A stretch of DNA of 59,116 nucleotides from an uncultured Bacteroidota bacterium (GTDB lineage Bacteria; Bacteroidota; Bacteroidia; Bacteroidales; CG2-30-32-10): assembly GCA_903889915.1 (NCBI GenBank), contig CAISZK010000029.1, positions 1-59,116 of the forward strand, read 5' to 3'. The notes under the pieces are model-generated. The model saw only the letters and a program-made list of their open reading frames with translations, was not told the origin of the DNA and searched no databases. Below, one piece after another: positions 1 through 9,596 of this stretch. How positions within the stretch are numbered: position 1 is the first letter of the stretch; every line of letters starts with the position of its first letter. The position numbers were made by a program, and so were the translations under genes.

Positions 1-140
1 CCTTAATAGAAATGATGAAAAACCACGACATCCTAACCTTATTACCTTGTTTCGGGGTGAATAAGGTAATAAGGTTGAAATGTCTGTGTATCTGTTTTTC
101 TACTAAGGTTGAAGAGGTGGGAAATAAGGTTATTTTTGAA
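1..140 (+). repeat. Gene-less MITE-like copy of the IS200/IS605-like element at 1808-2412, truncated at the window edge. It carries the hairpin AACCTTATTACCTT-N14-AAGGTAATAAGGTT and the outer inverted repeat TTTCTACTAAGGT.
   Basis: Near-identical to 1587-1764 and to the two ends of the transposase-bearing copy. The inverted repeats are visible directly. Confidence 0.6.
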
Positions 141-507
141 ATATACCAGAAGGGAAACAGAGCGCGAATTTTTTTGATGAGAGCGAACTGGGTAAAATTA
201 ATAAATGTGTGAATTATGTAACTATAATCTAAAATTATGTAACTCTTCACTAAAATAATAACTGTCACTTTGCCTATATTAATTTCGCAATAAATGGTAC
301 ATCCAATTTCAATGGAATTACCCACGTATCAAAAAATAGAGTGAATTTTTTACACCCGAAATCAAAGAGTAGATAGATGTCTAATTTGTTTAATAATTGT
401 CGGATTACAAATCCTTATAGTAAAACGGAACGGATTGCAAATGCCGTTCCGACGCGCTGCAAATCCGGAGCGGCAGGCTTAAAAGTCCGTGCTTTATTTT
501 AATAGTT

Positions 508-1470
508 ATGAAAAAAATTACAATACTATGTTTGATATTAAATTCATCAATTTTATTTGGGCAGAATTTAGTGCCTAATCCTTCATTTGAATATCATACT
601 CGTTGCCCATTTGATACAACTTCTTTTCCAAGTGGATTTTTATTACTTGCTTATCCATGGCAAAATCCTAGCACTGTAGGTAATGGTGATTCCTCCCCTG
701 ATCTTTTTGACACTTGTAGTACAAATGTAGGATTTTCAGTACCGAATAATGCATGGGGAAATGAATACCCACATACTGGGAATGCTTATAGTGGTATTTA
801 TTGTTATTATAAGTGGATATTATCAAGGGAATACATACAGGTTCAGCTCATTGATAGTTTGCAAAAAAAAACACCCTATTGCGTTGAATTTTATGTGAGT
901 TTGGCAGATGTATCAACTTATGCTGCAAATAACATTGGGGCTTATTTTTCAGTAGATGCAATAAGTATGACCGGTTATTCAAATTTGCCATATATCCCTC
1001 AGGTTATCAATAGTAATAATAATTTACTTATAAATAAACATGGCTGGAAAAAAGTTTCAGGTTCGTTTATTGCTAATGGAGGTGAAAAATATATTACTAT
1101 TGGTAATTTTAATGATGATCCTTCAACGGACACAATTTTTGTTGATTCAACCGGTTGGGATGGGGGGATTGCATATTATTACATAGATGATGTTTCTATC
1201 ATGGATTGTAGAGACACAACCGGAATTGAAAATTATCAAAATTCAAGCACAATCAATATTTATCCAAACCCAACAAGCGATATACTGACAATTGTAACCC
1301 CAATTCAATCTACAATCCAAATTTCAAACATCCAAGGCCAGTTAATAAAAACCCTCATAACCACCGGCACCAAAACAAATAATGATGTTTCCTCATTACC
1401 AAGCGGAGTGTATATAGTGGAAGTGAAAACCGATAAAGGAGTGGCAGTAAAGAAGTTTGTGAAGGAATAA
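508..1470 (+). CDS. Secreted protein with an N-terminal 'QNLVPNPSFE' CBM/galactose-binding-like domain and a T9SS C-terminal sorting domain
   Basis: Signal peptide. C-terminus is ...INIYPNPTSDILTI...GVYIVEVKTDKGVAVKKFVKE, a Por secretion tail. Paralog of 2459-3478 and 3532-4494. Confidence 0.75.
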   Translation: MKKITILCLILNSSILFGQNLVPNPSFEYHTRCPFDTTSFPSGFLLLAYPWQNPSTVGNGDSSPDLFDTCSTNVGFSVPNNAWGNEYPHTGNAYSGIYCYYKWILSREYIQVQLIDSLQKKTPYCVEFYVSLADVSTYAANNIGAYFSVDAISMTGYSNLPYIPQVINSNNNLLINKHGWKKVSGSFIANGGEKYITIGNFNDDPSTDTIFVDSTGWDGGIAYYYIDDVSIMDCRDTTGIENYQNSSTINIYPNPTSDILTIVTPIQSTIQISNIQGQLIKTLITTGTKTNNDVSSLPSGVYIVEVKTDKGVAVKKFVKE

Positions 1471-1586
1471 TGATGCTAAAGCAAAAAGGAAGCAAATTTT
1501 TTTGTCAGTTCACTAAAGTGAAACTGTAATAGATGGCAGAAACAGAGCATTTATTGCATTCATTTTTTATTTAAAAAAGAAAAAAA

Positions 1587-1764
1587 ATGAACCTTATTTT
1601 TTAAGTTTTTTAACCTTAGTAGAAATGATTAAAAACCACGACATCCTAACCTTATTACCTTGTTTCGGGGAGAATAAGGTAATAAGGTTGAATTATCTGT
1701 GTATCTGTTTTTTCTACTAAGGTTGAAGAGGTGGGAAATAAGGTTATTTTCGAATAAAAATTTG
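1587..1764 (+). repeat. MITE-like non-autonomous derivative of the IS200/IS605-like element (left end and right end fused, no tnpA)
   Basis: 14-bp stem hairpin (aaccttattacctt / aaggtaataaggtt) flanked by the outer inverted repeat accttagtagaaa / tttctactaaggt. The same tail ...gaagaggtgggaaataaggttattttcgaataaaaattt occurs at 2365-2412. Confidence 0.6.
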
Positions 1765-1807
1765 CAAATTTGCGCTATGATAAAAAAAATATTTCGTAAA
1801 CATCATG

Positions 1808-2412
1808 ATCAAAAGAACCTTATTTTTTTAGTTTTTTAACCTTAGTAGAAATAATTAAAAACACAAAGATTTAACCTTATTACCTTATTTAAAAATGAAA
1901 ATTGATTACAACAACCTCTACATTCATTTTGTGTTTACGGTAATACACCGCCAGCCATTGATAAAGGAAAATAACAGAGAACGTATTGAAAAATACATCA
2001 CGGGTATTGTAAACAATAATGATTCGCATCTATATTCCATTTATGCCAATCCTGAGCATGTTCATTTTCTTGCTTCCCGTTCGCCTAAATTATCTGATGA
2101 GAAATTTGCAACAATTATTGCTGAAAGTTCTGAGAAATTTATTAATGATAACAAGCTTATAAAAGAATTTAAATGGCAAGAATCGGGATCAGCATTTTCA
2201 GTGTCCAAAAGCCATGTTGACAAAGTGTGTAAATATATTTTGAATCAGCCGGAACATCACAGGAAGGTAAGCTTCCAGGAAGAGGTTGATGAGTTCATTA
2301 AATATTATCAAAAAACATTGAAAAATAAATAAGGTAATAAGGTATAAAAGACTATTTATCTGCCTTTTCTACTAAGGTTGAAGAGGTGGGAAATAAGGTA
2401 ATTTTCGAATAA
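1808..2412 (+). mobile_element. IS200/IS605-family (REP-associated tyrosine transposase-like) insertion element with tnpA between a split hairpin
   Basis: Left end (1808-1890) equals the left half of the MITE. Right end (2330-2412) equals the right half. tnpA lies between the two arms of the hairpin. Confidence 0.6.
1895..2332 (+). CDS. tnpA: Y1 HUH transposase, IS200-like / RAYT family (TnpA)
   Basis: 145 aa. HUH motif HVHFL and a catalytic Tyr region ...KVCKYILNQPEHH. The size is typical of IS200 TnpA. Confidence 0.75.
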   Translation: MKIDYNNLYIHFVFTVIHRQPLIKENNRERIEKYITGIVNNNDSHLYSIYANPEHVHFLASRSPKLSDEKFATIIAESSEKFINDNKLIKEFKWQESGSAFSVSKSHVDKVCKYILNQPEHHRKVSFQEEVDEFIKYYQKTLKNK

Positions 2413-2458
2413 AAATTTATTAATAATTGCACAAATAGAGGGACTTTTAAAATAATTT

Positions 2459-3478
2459 ATGAAAAAACTGGTTTTCACATTTTCGCTTTTTGCTGTTTGT
2501 TATTCATTCAACATTTGTTTTTCTCAAAATCTAGTTCCAAATCCAAGTTTTGAAATTATATCCTCTTGTCCAACATCTGAAGGACAAATAAATTATGCTA
2601 CCCCTTGGTTCAGTCCAACTTTTTATGCTTCAATACCAATGTCAGATGAGTTTGATACGTGTGAACCTCAGTGGCCGAATGGTGCAATCGGTGTTCCTTT
2701 AAATGGTAAAGGTTATCAATTTCCAAGAACAGGTAATGCTTATGCGGGAATATATGTTTTTGCAGATTATGAGCAAGGGCGCGAATATATTTCTGTAAAA
2801 TTAATTAGTCCAATTGTAGCTGGCAAAAAATATTGTATCGGTTTTTATGTTTCATTATGCAATTTTGGAGATACTTTATTTGAGCCTAATTTAGGTTCTA
2901 CTTATGCAATAGACCGTTTAGGTGCTTATTTGTCAGATTCTATGATAAATTTGAACACAAAATATATAATTCCTGTATTGCCTCAAATTGAAAATCCAAA
3001 AGGTCATATTCTTTCTGATACATTGAATTGGATGCTAGTTTCAGGTACCTATTCTTCTAAAACAGGTGGGGAACAATATATAACTATTGGTAATTTTTAC
3101 GAAAATGATAGTACTAATTATTTGAAAGTTACAAATAGTCATTCACATCTATCATATTATTACATTGACGATGTTTATGTTTTAGATTGTAGTGATACCT
3201 TGGGAATTGAAAATTACCAAAATTCAACTAGTATCAATATTTTCCCAAACCCTGCATCTGATTATATTTCGGTACAATTCAGCAACGTTACAAATGATAA
3301 TTGCATTTTTGAACTCTATGATGCACTTGGTAATAATGTATTTTCAAAGGAAATTAATACAACTGAAAATTCAGTGAATATTTCATTTGATAATGTTGCA
3401 AAAGGTGTGTATATTTGCAGAATTTTAAATGCGGATAACTTAAGTATATACAACAGTAAACTTGTCATTATTAAATAA
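2459..3478 (+). CDS. Secreted 'QNLVPNPSFE' CBM-like domain protein with a T9SS C-terminal domain (paralog)
   Basis: Signal peptide. Shares YITIGNF and YYYIDDV motifs with 508-1470. C-terminal Por tail ...INIFPNPASDYISV... Confidence 0.7.
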   Translation: MKKLVFTFSLFAVCYSFNICFSQNLVPNPSFEIISSCPTSEGQINYATPWFSPTFYASIPMSDEFDTCEPQWPNGAIGVPLNGKGYQFPRTGNAYAGIYVFADYEQGREYISVKLISPIVAGKKYCIGFYVSLCNFGDTLFEPNLGSTYAIDRLGAYLSDSMINLNTKYIIPVLPQIENPKGHILSDTLNWMLVSGTYSSKTGGEQYITIGNFYENDSTNYLKVTNSHSHLSYYYIDDVYVLDCSDTLGIENYQNSTSINIFPNPASDYISVQFSNVTNDNCIFELYDALGNNVFSKEINTTENSVNISFDNVAKGVYICRILNADNLSIYNSKLVIIK

Positions 3479-3531
3479 ATCAAATACACTACACCTCAAA
3501 ATATAATTATTTTGGGGTGTAGTGTAAATTT

Positions 3532-4494
3532 ATGAAAAATCTGATTTTCATACTATTATTCTTCATTTTTCAAACTTTTCATTTTTCCATTCTTAAAGCT
3601 CAAAATTTAGTTCCAAATCCTGGATTTGAAGAAAAAAATGAATGTCCTTATTCACTAAATCAAATAAAATATACAAAATATTGGGTCGGTAGTAAAGATG
3701 CGGATTATTTTAATTCATGTGATTCTATTGTAAATGATACAATTAATTATATTTGGGTTGGAGTACCTCAAAATAAAGGAGGTTATCAATATGCACATTC
3801 TGGTAATGCTTATGCTGGTATGTATTTTTTTTGGTTTATTTATAATAATTATAGCGAATATCTTGAAGTTAAATTAAAAGATAGTTTAATAGCCAATGTA
3901 AAATATTGTATAAGTTTTTATGTTTCACTTGCTGATTCTGAAAGTTATGCTATTGATGCTATTGAGGCCTATTTATCAACAGATTCCACATCTACTTTGT
4001 CAAATCAAACTTTACCTTATCATCCACAAATTAGTAATTATGGACATGGTATCATTTCAGATAAAACAAACTGGCATTTAATATCCGGAAATTTTGTAGC
4101 ACAAGGAGGTGAAAAATATATTACAATCGGAAATTTTAGATTAAAGGACAGCTTAAATTATATAAATACCGGAACAGGCATAGAAGATTTGGCTTATTAT
4201 TACATTGATGATGTATCGGTAATAGCATGTTTAGACACAATAGGGATAGCTGAAATGGTAGGAAATGAAATTATTATTGAAATATTTCCAAATCCAGGAA
4301 ATAATAATATCACAATTGAAACTCCATACCAATCCACAATAAATATTTCCAACATTCAGGGCCAATTATTAAAAACCCTCACAACCACCGGCACTAAAAC
4401 AAATGTTGATGTTTCAGAATTTCCCAGTGGAGTTTATATTGTGGAAGTGAAAACAGAAAAAGGAATTGCCGTAAAGAAATTTATTAAAGAATAA
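3532..4494 (+). CDS. Secreted 'QNLVPNPGFE' CBM-like domain protein with a T9SS C-terminal domain (paralog)
   Basis: The C-terminal 70 aa are nearly identical to 508-1470 (…GVYIVEVKTEKGIAVKKFIKE). Confidence 0.75.
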   Translation: MKNLIFILLFFIFQTFHFSILKAQNLVPNPGFEEKNECPYSLNQIKYTKYWVGSKDADYFNSCDSIVNDTINYIWVGVPQNKGGYQYAHSGNAYAGMYFFWFIYNNYSEYLEVKLKDSLIANVKYCISFYVSLADSESYAIDAIEAYLSTDSTSTLSNQTLPYHPQISNYGHGIISDKTNWHLISGNFVAQGGEKYITIGNFRLKDSLNYINTGTGIEDLAYYYIDDVSVIACLDTIGIAEMVGNEIIIEIFPNPGNNNITIETPYQSTINISNIQGQLLKTLTTTGTKTNVDVSEFPSGVYIVEVKTEKGIAVKKFIKE

Positions 4495-4587
4495 ATTTGC
4501 AGCAGTGGCAGTAGCCGGAGCAGCAGGCAGAATTTAAGTCCTTCACAAATTTCTTACTTCAGTTAAAAGAAATATGTTTCTTTTAAA

Positions 4588-4628
4588 ATGTTCCACTCTT
4601 TAAAAAAAAGAGGAACATTTTTTTTGAT
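4588..4628 (+). terminator. Rho-independent terminator-like hairpin with a T-tract
   Basis: atgttccactcttt-A8-aaagaggaacat followed by TTTTTTTT. Confidence 0.5.
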
Positions 4629-4838
4629 AAGTAATGGATAAAAAGTATAAATTTCAATCAGCAATGCAAACACCAAAGGTAGTATTTTGTTGAAATATAA
4701 TTTTGTAAGCTATTCAGTGATTTTGAAAAAAGTTTATAAATTGACCTGTTTAAAACCCAACAAAAACATTTTTTTATTGAGTTATTAAATGGATTGTTAC
4801 TTTTGCTTCCTCATAATTTAATTAGTCATTAAAATACA

Positions 4839-7745
4839 TTGACCACCATGGGATACAGATCTACATTTAAAGGAATAATTTTACTTGCTCTCTTTTTGTT
4901 AAACCTCAATGCATCTTTTGCATGGACAACTCCAACCATGAGTTCGCCTTCAACCGGCAGCAGTACTACGGGCGGAGTTACAATAGACTGGAATGCCGTC
5001 ACCGGGTCAACTGCTTACCAATATCAATACGATACCATTTCAGGTTTTAGCTCTCCTGTGAAAGTTCAGGGGACATTGACCTACATCAACTCAAGTTCAG
5101 GCAATACGGACACCCAGTTTACCATTGCAAATAATTTCTTCTATGGCAAAACCTACTACTGGCGCGTTCGTGCTTATGTCAGCGGCGACACTTCATCTTG
5201 GAGCGCTACCTGGACATTTATTACACCAACTTTTGGACCTTCAATGGTTACACCATCAACAGGCACCACTGGCGTCAAAGCCGGAGTTACACTTGATTGG
5301 AACAGCCATTATTACGTGGTTGCTTACGACTGGCAGGCTGACACTGTTCCCACATTTAGTTCAGCGGCAAAAAAACAGGGCAGCAACACTTACATCAATA
5401 CTTCCTCCGGAAATACAGATACTCAGGTCACACTTTCTGATCTATTTTATGGAACAACTTATTACTGGAGGGTACGTTCCAGAACCACCGTTGACACTTC
5501 TGCATGGACAACTGCATGGACTTTTACTGTCACAGCAACAGGCCCCGCACTTTTATCACCATCAACCGGAACCACCAATGTGAAAGCAGGATTAACACTT
5601 GACTGGGATAGCCATTATTATGTTACAGCTTATGACTGGCAGCTTGATACCGTTGCCACTTTTACTTCCACCGCCAAAAGACAAGGAAACACAACCTATA
5701 TCAACACCTCAAATGGCAACAACGATACGCAGGTTACACTTGGCGATCTCTACTACGGAAAAACATATTACTGGAGGGTTCGCTCAAGAAACAATGTTGA
5801 TACTTCGGCCTGGACAACCGCATGGACTTTTACTGTTACAGCAGCAGGCCCCGCACTTTTATCACCATCAACCGGAACCACCAATGTGAAAGCAGGATTA
5901 ACACTTGACTGGGACAGCCATTATTATATTACAGCTTATGACTGGCAACTTGATACCGTTGCCACTTTTACTTCCACAGCCAAAAGACAAGGAAACACAA
6001 CCTATATCAACACCTCAAATGGCAACAACGATACGCAGGTTACACTTGGCGATCTTTACTACGGAAAAACATATTACTGGAGGGTTCGTTCAAGAAACAA
6101 TGTGGACACATCGGCATGGACAACCGCATGGACTTTTACTGTTACAGCAACAGGCCCCGCACTTTTATCACCATCAACCGGAACCACCAATGTGAAAGCA
6201 GGATTAACACTTGACTGGGACAGCCACTATTATGTTACAGCTTATGACTGGCAGCTTGATACCGTTGCCACTTTTACTTCCACAGCCAAAAGACAAGGAA
6301 ACACAACCTATATCAACACCTCAAATGGCAACAACGATACGCAGGTTACACTTGGCGATCTCTACTACGGAAAAACCTATTACTGGAGAGTTCGATCAAG
6401 AAACAATGTTGATACTTCGGAATGGACCACTCCATGGACTTACACTGTTACTTTATACGGGCCAACATTGTATTCTCCAACCAATGGTCAGATAAATGTA
6501 AGTACATCAGGAGTAACTTTAGATTGGGATTCCCATTATTACGTGCTCAAATACCAGGTCGAATCGGACACCACGCCTCACTTTAACTCAACACTGCTTG
6601 TTCATTCAGATAAAACCTACATCAACACGTCCGGCAGCAATACCGATACACAATCAAGCCTGACATCATTGTTGTCAAATACTGTTTATTACTGGCGTGT
6701 TCGTTCAATGAACAATGTTGATACATCAGAATGGACCCCTGTATGGGCCTTCAATACAGGCAGCGCTCCTGCCATTGCGCCAACTTTGATAAGCCCTTCA
6801 AATTATGCAACCAACATTGCAGTGGCAGGAACGACACTGCAATGGTCAACTGTTGTCAATGCCACACAATACATTTATCAGTTTGATGATAATTCCCAAT
6901 TCACAAGTCCTGCGTCAAACACACAGACATCCCTCACCCTCTCAACAGGGAGCTTGCTGTCAAGTACAACATATTACTGGAGAGTGAGAGCTGCCAATTC
7001 CTCGGGCAATTCCCCCTGGTCTGCAACATGGCAATTTACTACGCTATGTAACGCATCTATTCCACAATGCAGCGGCACTTCCGTATGTGACAGCGGAAGC
7101 GTGACGCTCAACGCTACCGGTTCCACAGCCTATAATTGGTATGATACTTCAACAGGAGGGAACCTCATTGGTTCATCATCCGGTTTTACAACTCCTCTTA
7201 TTCATGCAACAGATACATTCTACGTTGCAGGAACTGATGGCTCATGTGAAAGTAACAGAACGATGGTAATTGTAATAGTTTTGCCTTCTCCTTCAACACC
7301 TGTAATAACAGTAAATGGAAGTTCATTGCAGAGTACCCCCGGAAACAGCTACCAGTGGTTCCTGAACGGCAATCTGATTAGCAGCGGAGGAACATCACAA
7401 AATTATACACCTTTGGCAAATGGAAACTACACTGTCAGGGTGACCAATAGCAATGGCTGTTCTTCGTTATCCCAGCCATTCAATTATATTTGGGTAGGTA
7501 TTGCTGAAAATGCTGCTGACAATAGTTTGGAAATTTATCCAAATCCTGCATCCGGTCAGCTCAATATTGATGTGGCTCAAAAATCAGATATTGAAATTCT
7601 GAATATTGAAGGGCAAATAATAAACAGCATTAATGTTGTTCAAAACCACGCCATCGTTGATGTATCAGGCATTGCAAATGGATTGTATATTGTCAGAATA
7701 AGTAACAGCAACGGAATTGCTCAGAAAATGTTTGTGAAGGAATGA
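4839..7745 (+). CDS. Large T9SS-secreted adhesin-like protein with at least six ~100-aa FN3-like repeats (YYWRVR motif), a Cys-rich Ig-like region and a T9SS C-terminal domain
   Basis: Signal peptide. Repeated ...TYINTS.GN.DTQ...YYWRVRS... modules. C-terminus LEIYPNPASGQLNI...GLYIVRISNSNGIAQKMFVKE. Confidence 0.8.
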   Translation: MTTMGYRSTFKGIILLALFLLNLNASFAWTTPTMSSPSTGSSTTGGVTIDWNAVTGSTAYQYQYDTISGFSSPVKVQGTLTYINSSSGNTDTQFTIANNFFYGKTYYWRVRAYVSGDTSSWSATWTFITPTFGPSMVTPSTGTTGVKAGVTLDWNSHYYVVAYDWQADTVPTFSSAAKKQGSNTYINTSSGNTDTQVTLSDLFYGTTYYWRVRSRTTVDTSAWTTAWTFTVTATGPALLSPSTGTTNVKAGLTLDWDSHYYVTAYDWQLDTVATFTSTAKRQGNTTYINTSNGNNDTQVTLGDLYYGKTYYWRVRSRNNVDTSAWTTAWTFTVTAAGPALLSPSTGTTNVKAGLTLDWDSHYYITAYDWQLDTVATFTSTAKRQGNTTYINTSNGNNDTQVTLGDLYYGKTYYWRVRSRNNVDTSAWTTAWTFTVTATGPALLSPSTGTTNVKAGLTLDWDSHYYVTAYDWQLDTVATFTSTAKRQGNTTYINTSNGNNDTQVTLGDLYYGKTYYWRVRSRNNVDTSEWTTPWTYTVTLYGPTLYSPTNGQINVSTSGVTLDWDSHYYVLKYQVESDTTPHFNSTLLVHSDKTYINTSGSNTDTQSSLTSLLSNTVYYWRVRSMNNVDTSEWTPVWAFNTGSAPAIAPTLISPSNYATNIAVAGTTLQWSTVVNATQYIYQFDDNSQFTSPASNTQTSLTLSTGSLLSSTTYYWRVRAANSSGNSPWSATWQFTTLCNASIPQCSGTSVCDSGSVTLNATGSTAYNWYDTSTGGNLIGSSSGFTTPLIHATDTFYVAGTDGSCESNRTMVIVIVLPSPSTPVITVNGSSLQSTPGNSYQWFLNGNLISSGGTSQNYTPLANGNYTVRVTNSNGCSSLSQPFNYIWVGIAENAADNSLEIYPNPASGQLNIDVAQKSDIEILNIEGQIINSINVVQNHAIVDVSGIANGLYIVRISNSNGIAQKMFVKE
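5541..6458 (+). repeat. Three near-identical tandem 306-bp repeats inside the adhesin gene, encoding 102-aa modules
   Basis: The copy-start anchor ggccccgcacttttatcaccatcaaccggaaccaccaatgtgaaagcaggattaacacttgactggga recurs at 5541, 5847 and 6153. The copies differ at only a few bases. Confidence 0.85.
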
Positions 7746-7805
7746 TCAATGATTATTTTAAGCAGTAATTGATCTGTAATGGGCATTCTCTTGCGCTACT
7801 TCCGC

Positions 7806-7897
7806 CAATGACCAATGTCTCATTGACTATTGACTATTGACTATTGACAAATGACCAATGACTATTGACTATTGACTATTGACCAATGACCATTGAC
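7806..7897. repeat. Heptamer array (A/T)(A/T)TGAC(N) between convergent genes
   Basis: caatgaccaatgtctcattgactattgactattgactattgacaaatgaccaatgactattgac... Confidence 0.8.
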
Positions 7898-9571
7898 TTA
7901 TTTACAATGTTCTTCGTAAGCTGATTTCGCCTCATAATAGTTCAATTTCATTGCCTCTTCAAAATCCAGGCATGCTTCCGTTTTTTTGCCAAGAAGAATG
8001 CGCACAAAAGCACGTTTATAATAGGCTTCCGCCAAAGTTGAATCAAGTGCAACAGCTTTCGAAAAACTTAGATCAGATTTGTCGTATTGCTTATTGTACA
8101 TGTAGGCATAGCCCAGATCCATCTCTGTTTTGGCTAATTTGGGGTTAATGCTTAAAGCTTTATTGAGGTCCTGAATGGATGATTCATAATCCTCAAGAAT
8201 GTTATAATATTCAGATCTGGCAATATAGATTTGTATGCAGGCTGAATCAACCTTGATGGCTGCCTTGTAATCCGCAAAAGCTTTGGCGCTATCATCAAGC
8301 GCCCGGTAGAAATAGGCCTGAATCAGATAAGCCGGAATATATTTATTATTCAGTTCAAGGCTGTGAGCAATATCCGTTTGTGCACTGTCAATATTTTCTT
8401 TGCCTGCATAAGCCAACCCACGTAAATAGTAATAATTGCAATTATTCGGGTTTAGTTTCATTGCATCGGTATAGTCTCTTATAGCATCATTGAAATAACC
8501 TGTTTGAAGATAACAATTCCCCCTGCTGAATAAAATGAAACCTTCCGTTGGATTGAGTTCGGCAGCCCTGGTAAGATTATAAATTACACCCTGCAGATTT
8601 TTAAGTTTAATATTGATATAAGCACGTAACAGAAAAGACTGGCTGTCGTTGTTGTCAATTTTGATTGCCTTGCTCACATAGGTTATCGCTTTGTCATTTT
8701 CGCCAAGGACATAGTACATAAAAGCTTTGCTGTAAATGGCCGGGACGCTAAGCGAATCAATTTTTAAAGCGCTTTCAAAATCGTATTTCGCATATTCAAA
8801 TTGCTGCTGAAAACAATAGACATTCCCGCGGTAAACATAGGCCGGCAGATAGCCCGGGTTTATGGCAATCGCCTTCGTAAGATCATCGAGCGAACTGCTG
8901 AAATCTTCCATTGAATAGTATAGGATGCCCCGGTTTATAAGCGGGATGCAGTTCGTTGAATTCCCTGATTTGACAGCCGCCGAAAAATCGGCCAAAGCAG
9001 GTGTGCTTTTCTTCAAATTATAATTTACGATGCCCCTGTTATTATAAACATAAAGATCGCCATCGGTTTTTGAAAGATATTTCGTGAAAGCTTCAAGCGC
9101 CTTGTTGTAATTGCCGAGGCAGGTATATGCAAGTCCCAGGTTGTGGTAAGAATAAGTGTAATCAGAGTCGGTTTCAATGGCTATGAGCAGGTCGTGCAAA
9201 GCCTTTTCATGTTCACCAGTCATCAGATAAACATATCCCCGCAGGTTGTAAGCTTCCGCAAAATTAATGTCGGCAGCGATGGCATCAGTGATAGATGATT
9301 CTGCACGGGAATATTCCTTGTCACCGCACTGTTCAATTCCCTTTTCATAAAATTCTTTTGCTTTTTTTGAGACATGCGATTTTACTTCTTTTTCAAGTGA
9401 AACAGGAATATCCAACAAAATAAAGTTTGCTTTCCTTGTCATCCGCCAATTGAGTGTGTCCTGTGAAAAAAGAAGGGAGGGGAAAATGAGGACAATTGCA
9501 AACAGACAAACCCCGGGAAGATATTTTATTTTCCGGATTTTATAAAGGTTACTGTGTAAGCAAAAATGCAT
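7898..9571 (-). CDS. TPR repeat protein with an N-terminal membrane or signal segment
   Basis: Many 34-aa TPR motifs (…AEAYNLRGYVYL…, …YNNRGIVNY…). Confidence 0.75.
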   Translation of the reverse strand: MHFCLHSNLYKIRKIKYLPGVCLFAIVLIFPSLLFSQDTLNWRMTRKANFILLDIPVSLEKEVKSHVSKKAKEFYEKGIEQCGDKEYSRAESSITDAIAADINFAEAYNLRGYVYLMTGEHEKALHDLLIAIETDSDYTYSYHNLGLAYTCLGNYNKALEAFTKYLSKTDGDLYVYNNRGIVNYNLKKSTPALADFSAAVKSGNSTNCIPLINRGILYYSMEDFSSSLDDLTKAIAINPGYLPAYVYRGNVYCFQQQFEYAKYDFESALKIDSLSVPAIYSKAFMYYVLGENDKAITYVSKAIKIDNNDSQSFLLRAYINIKLKNLQGVIYNLTRAAELNPTEGFILFSRGNCYLQTGYFNDAIRDYTDAMKLNPNNCNYYYLRGLAYAGKENIDSAQTDIAHSLELNNKYIPAYLIQAYFYRALDDSAKAFADYKAAIKVDSACIQIYIARSEYYNILEDYESSIQDLNKALSINPKLAKTEMDLGYAYMYNKQYDKSDLSFSKAVALDSTLAEAYYKRAFVRILLGKKTEACLDFEEAMKLNYYEAKSAYEEHCK

Positions 9572-9596
9572 AAAGAATGCAAAATATAAATGCCAA

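Noticed and set aside
5125-6495. ORFs 5125-5583, 5599-5889, 5905-6195 and 6211-6495 (92-152 aa, + strand)
   Set aside because: They lie in an alternative frame inside the adhesin gene and are near-identical to each other only because they ride on the 306-bp tandem repeats. They are Pro/Leu/His-rich low-complexity translations and are spurious.
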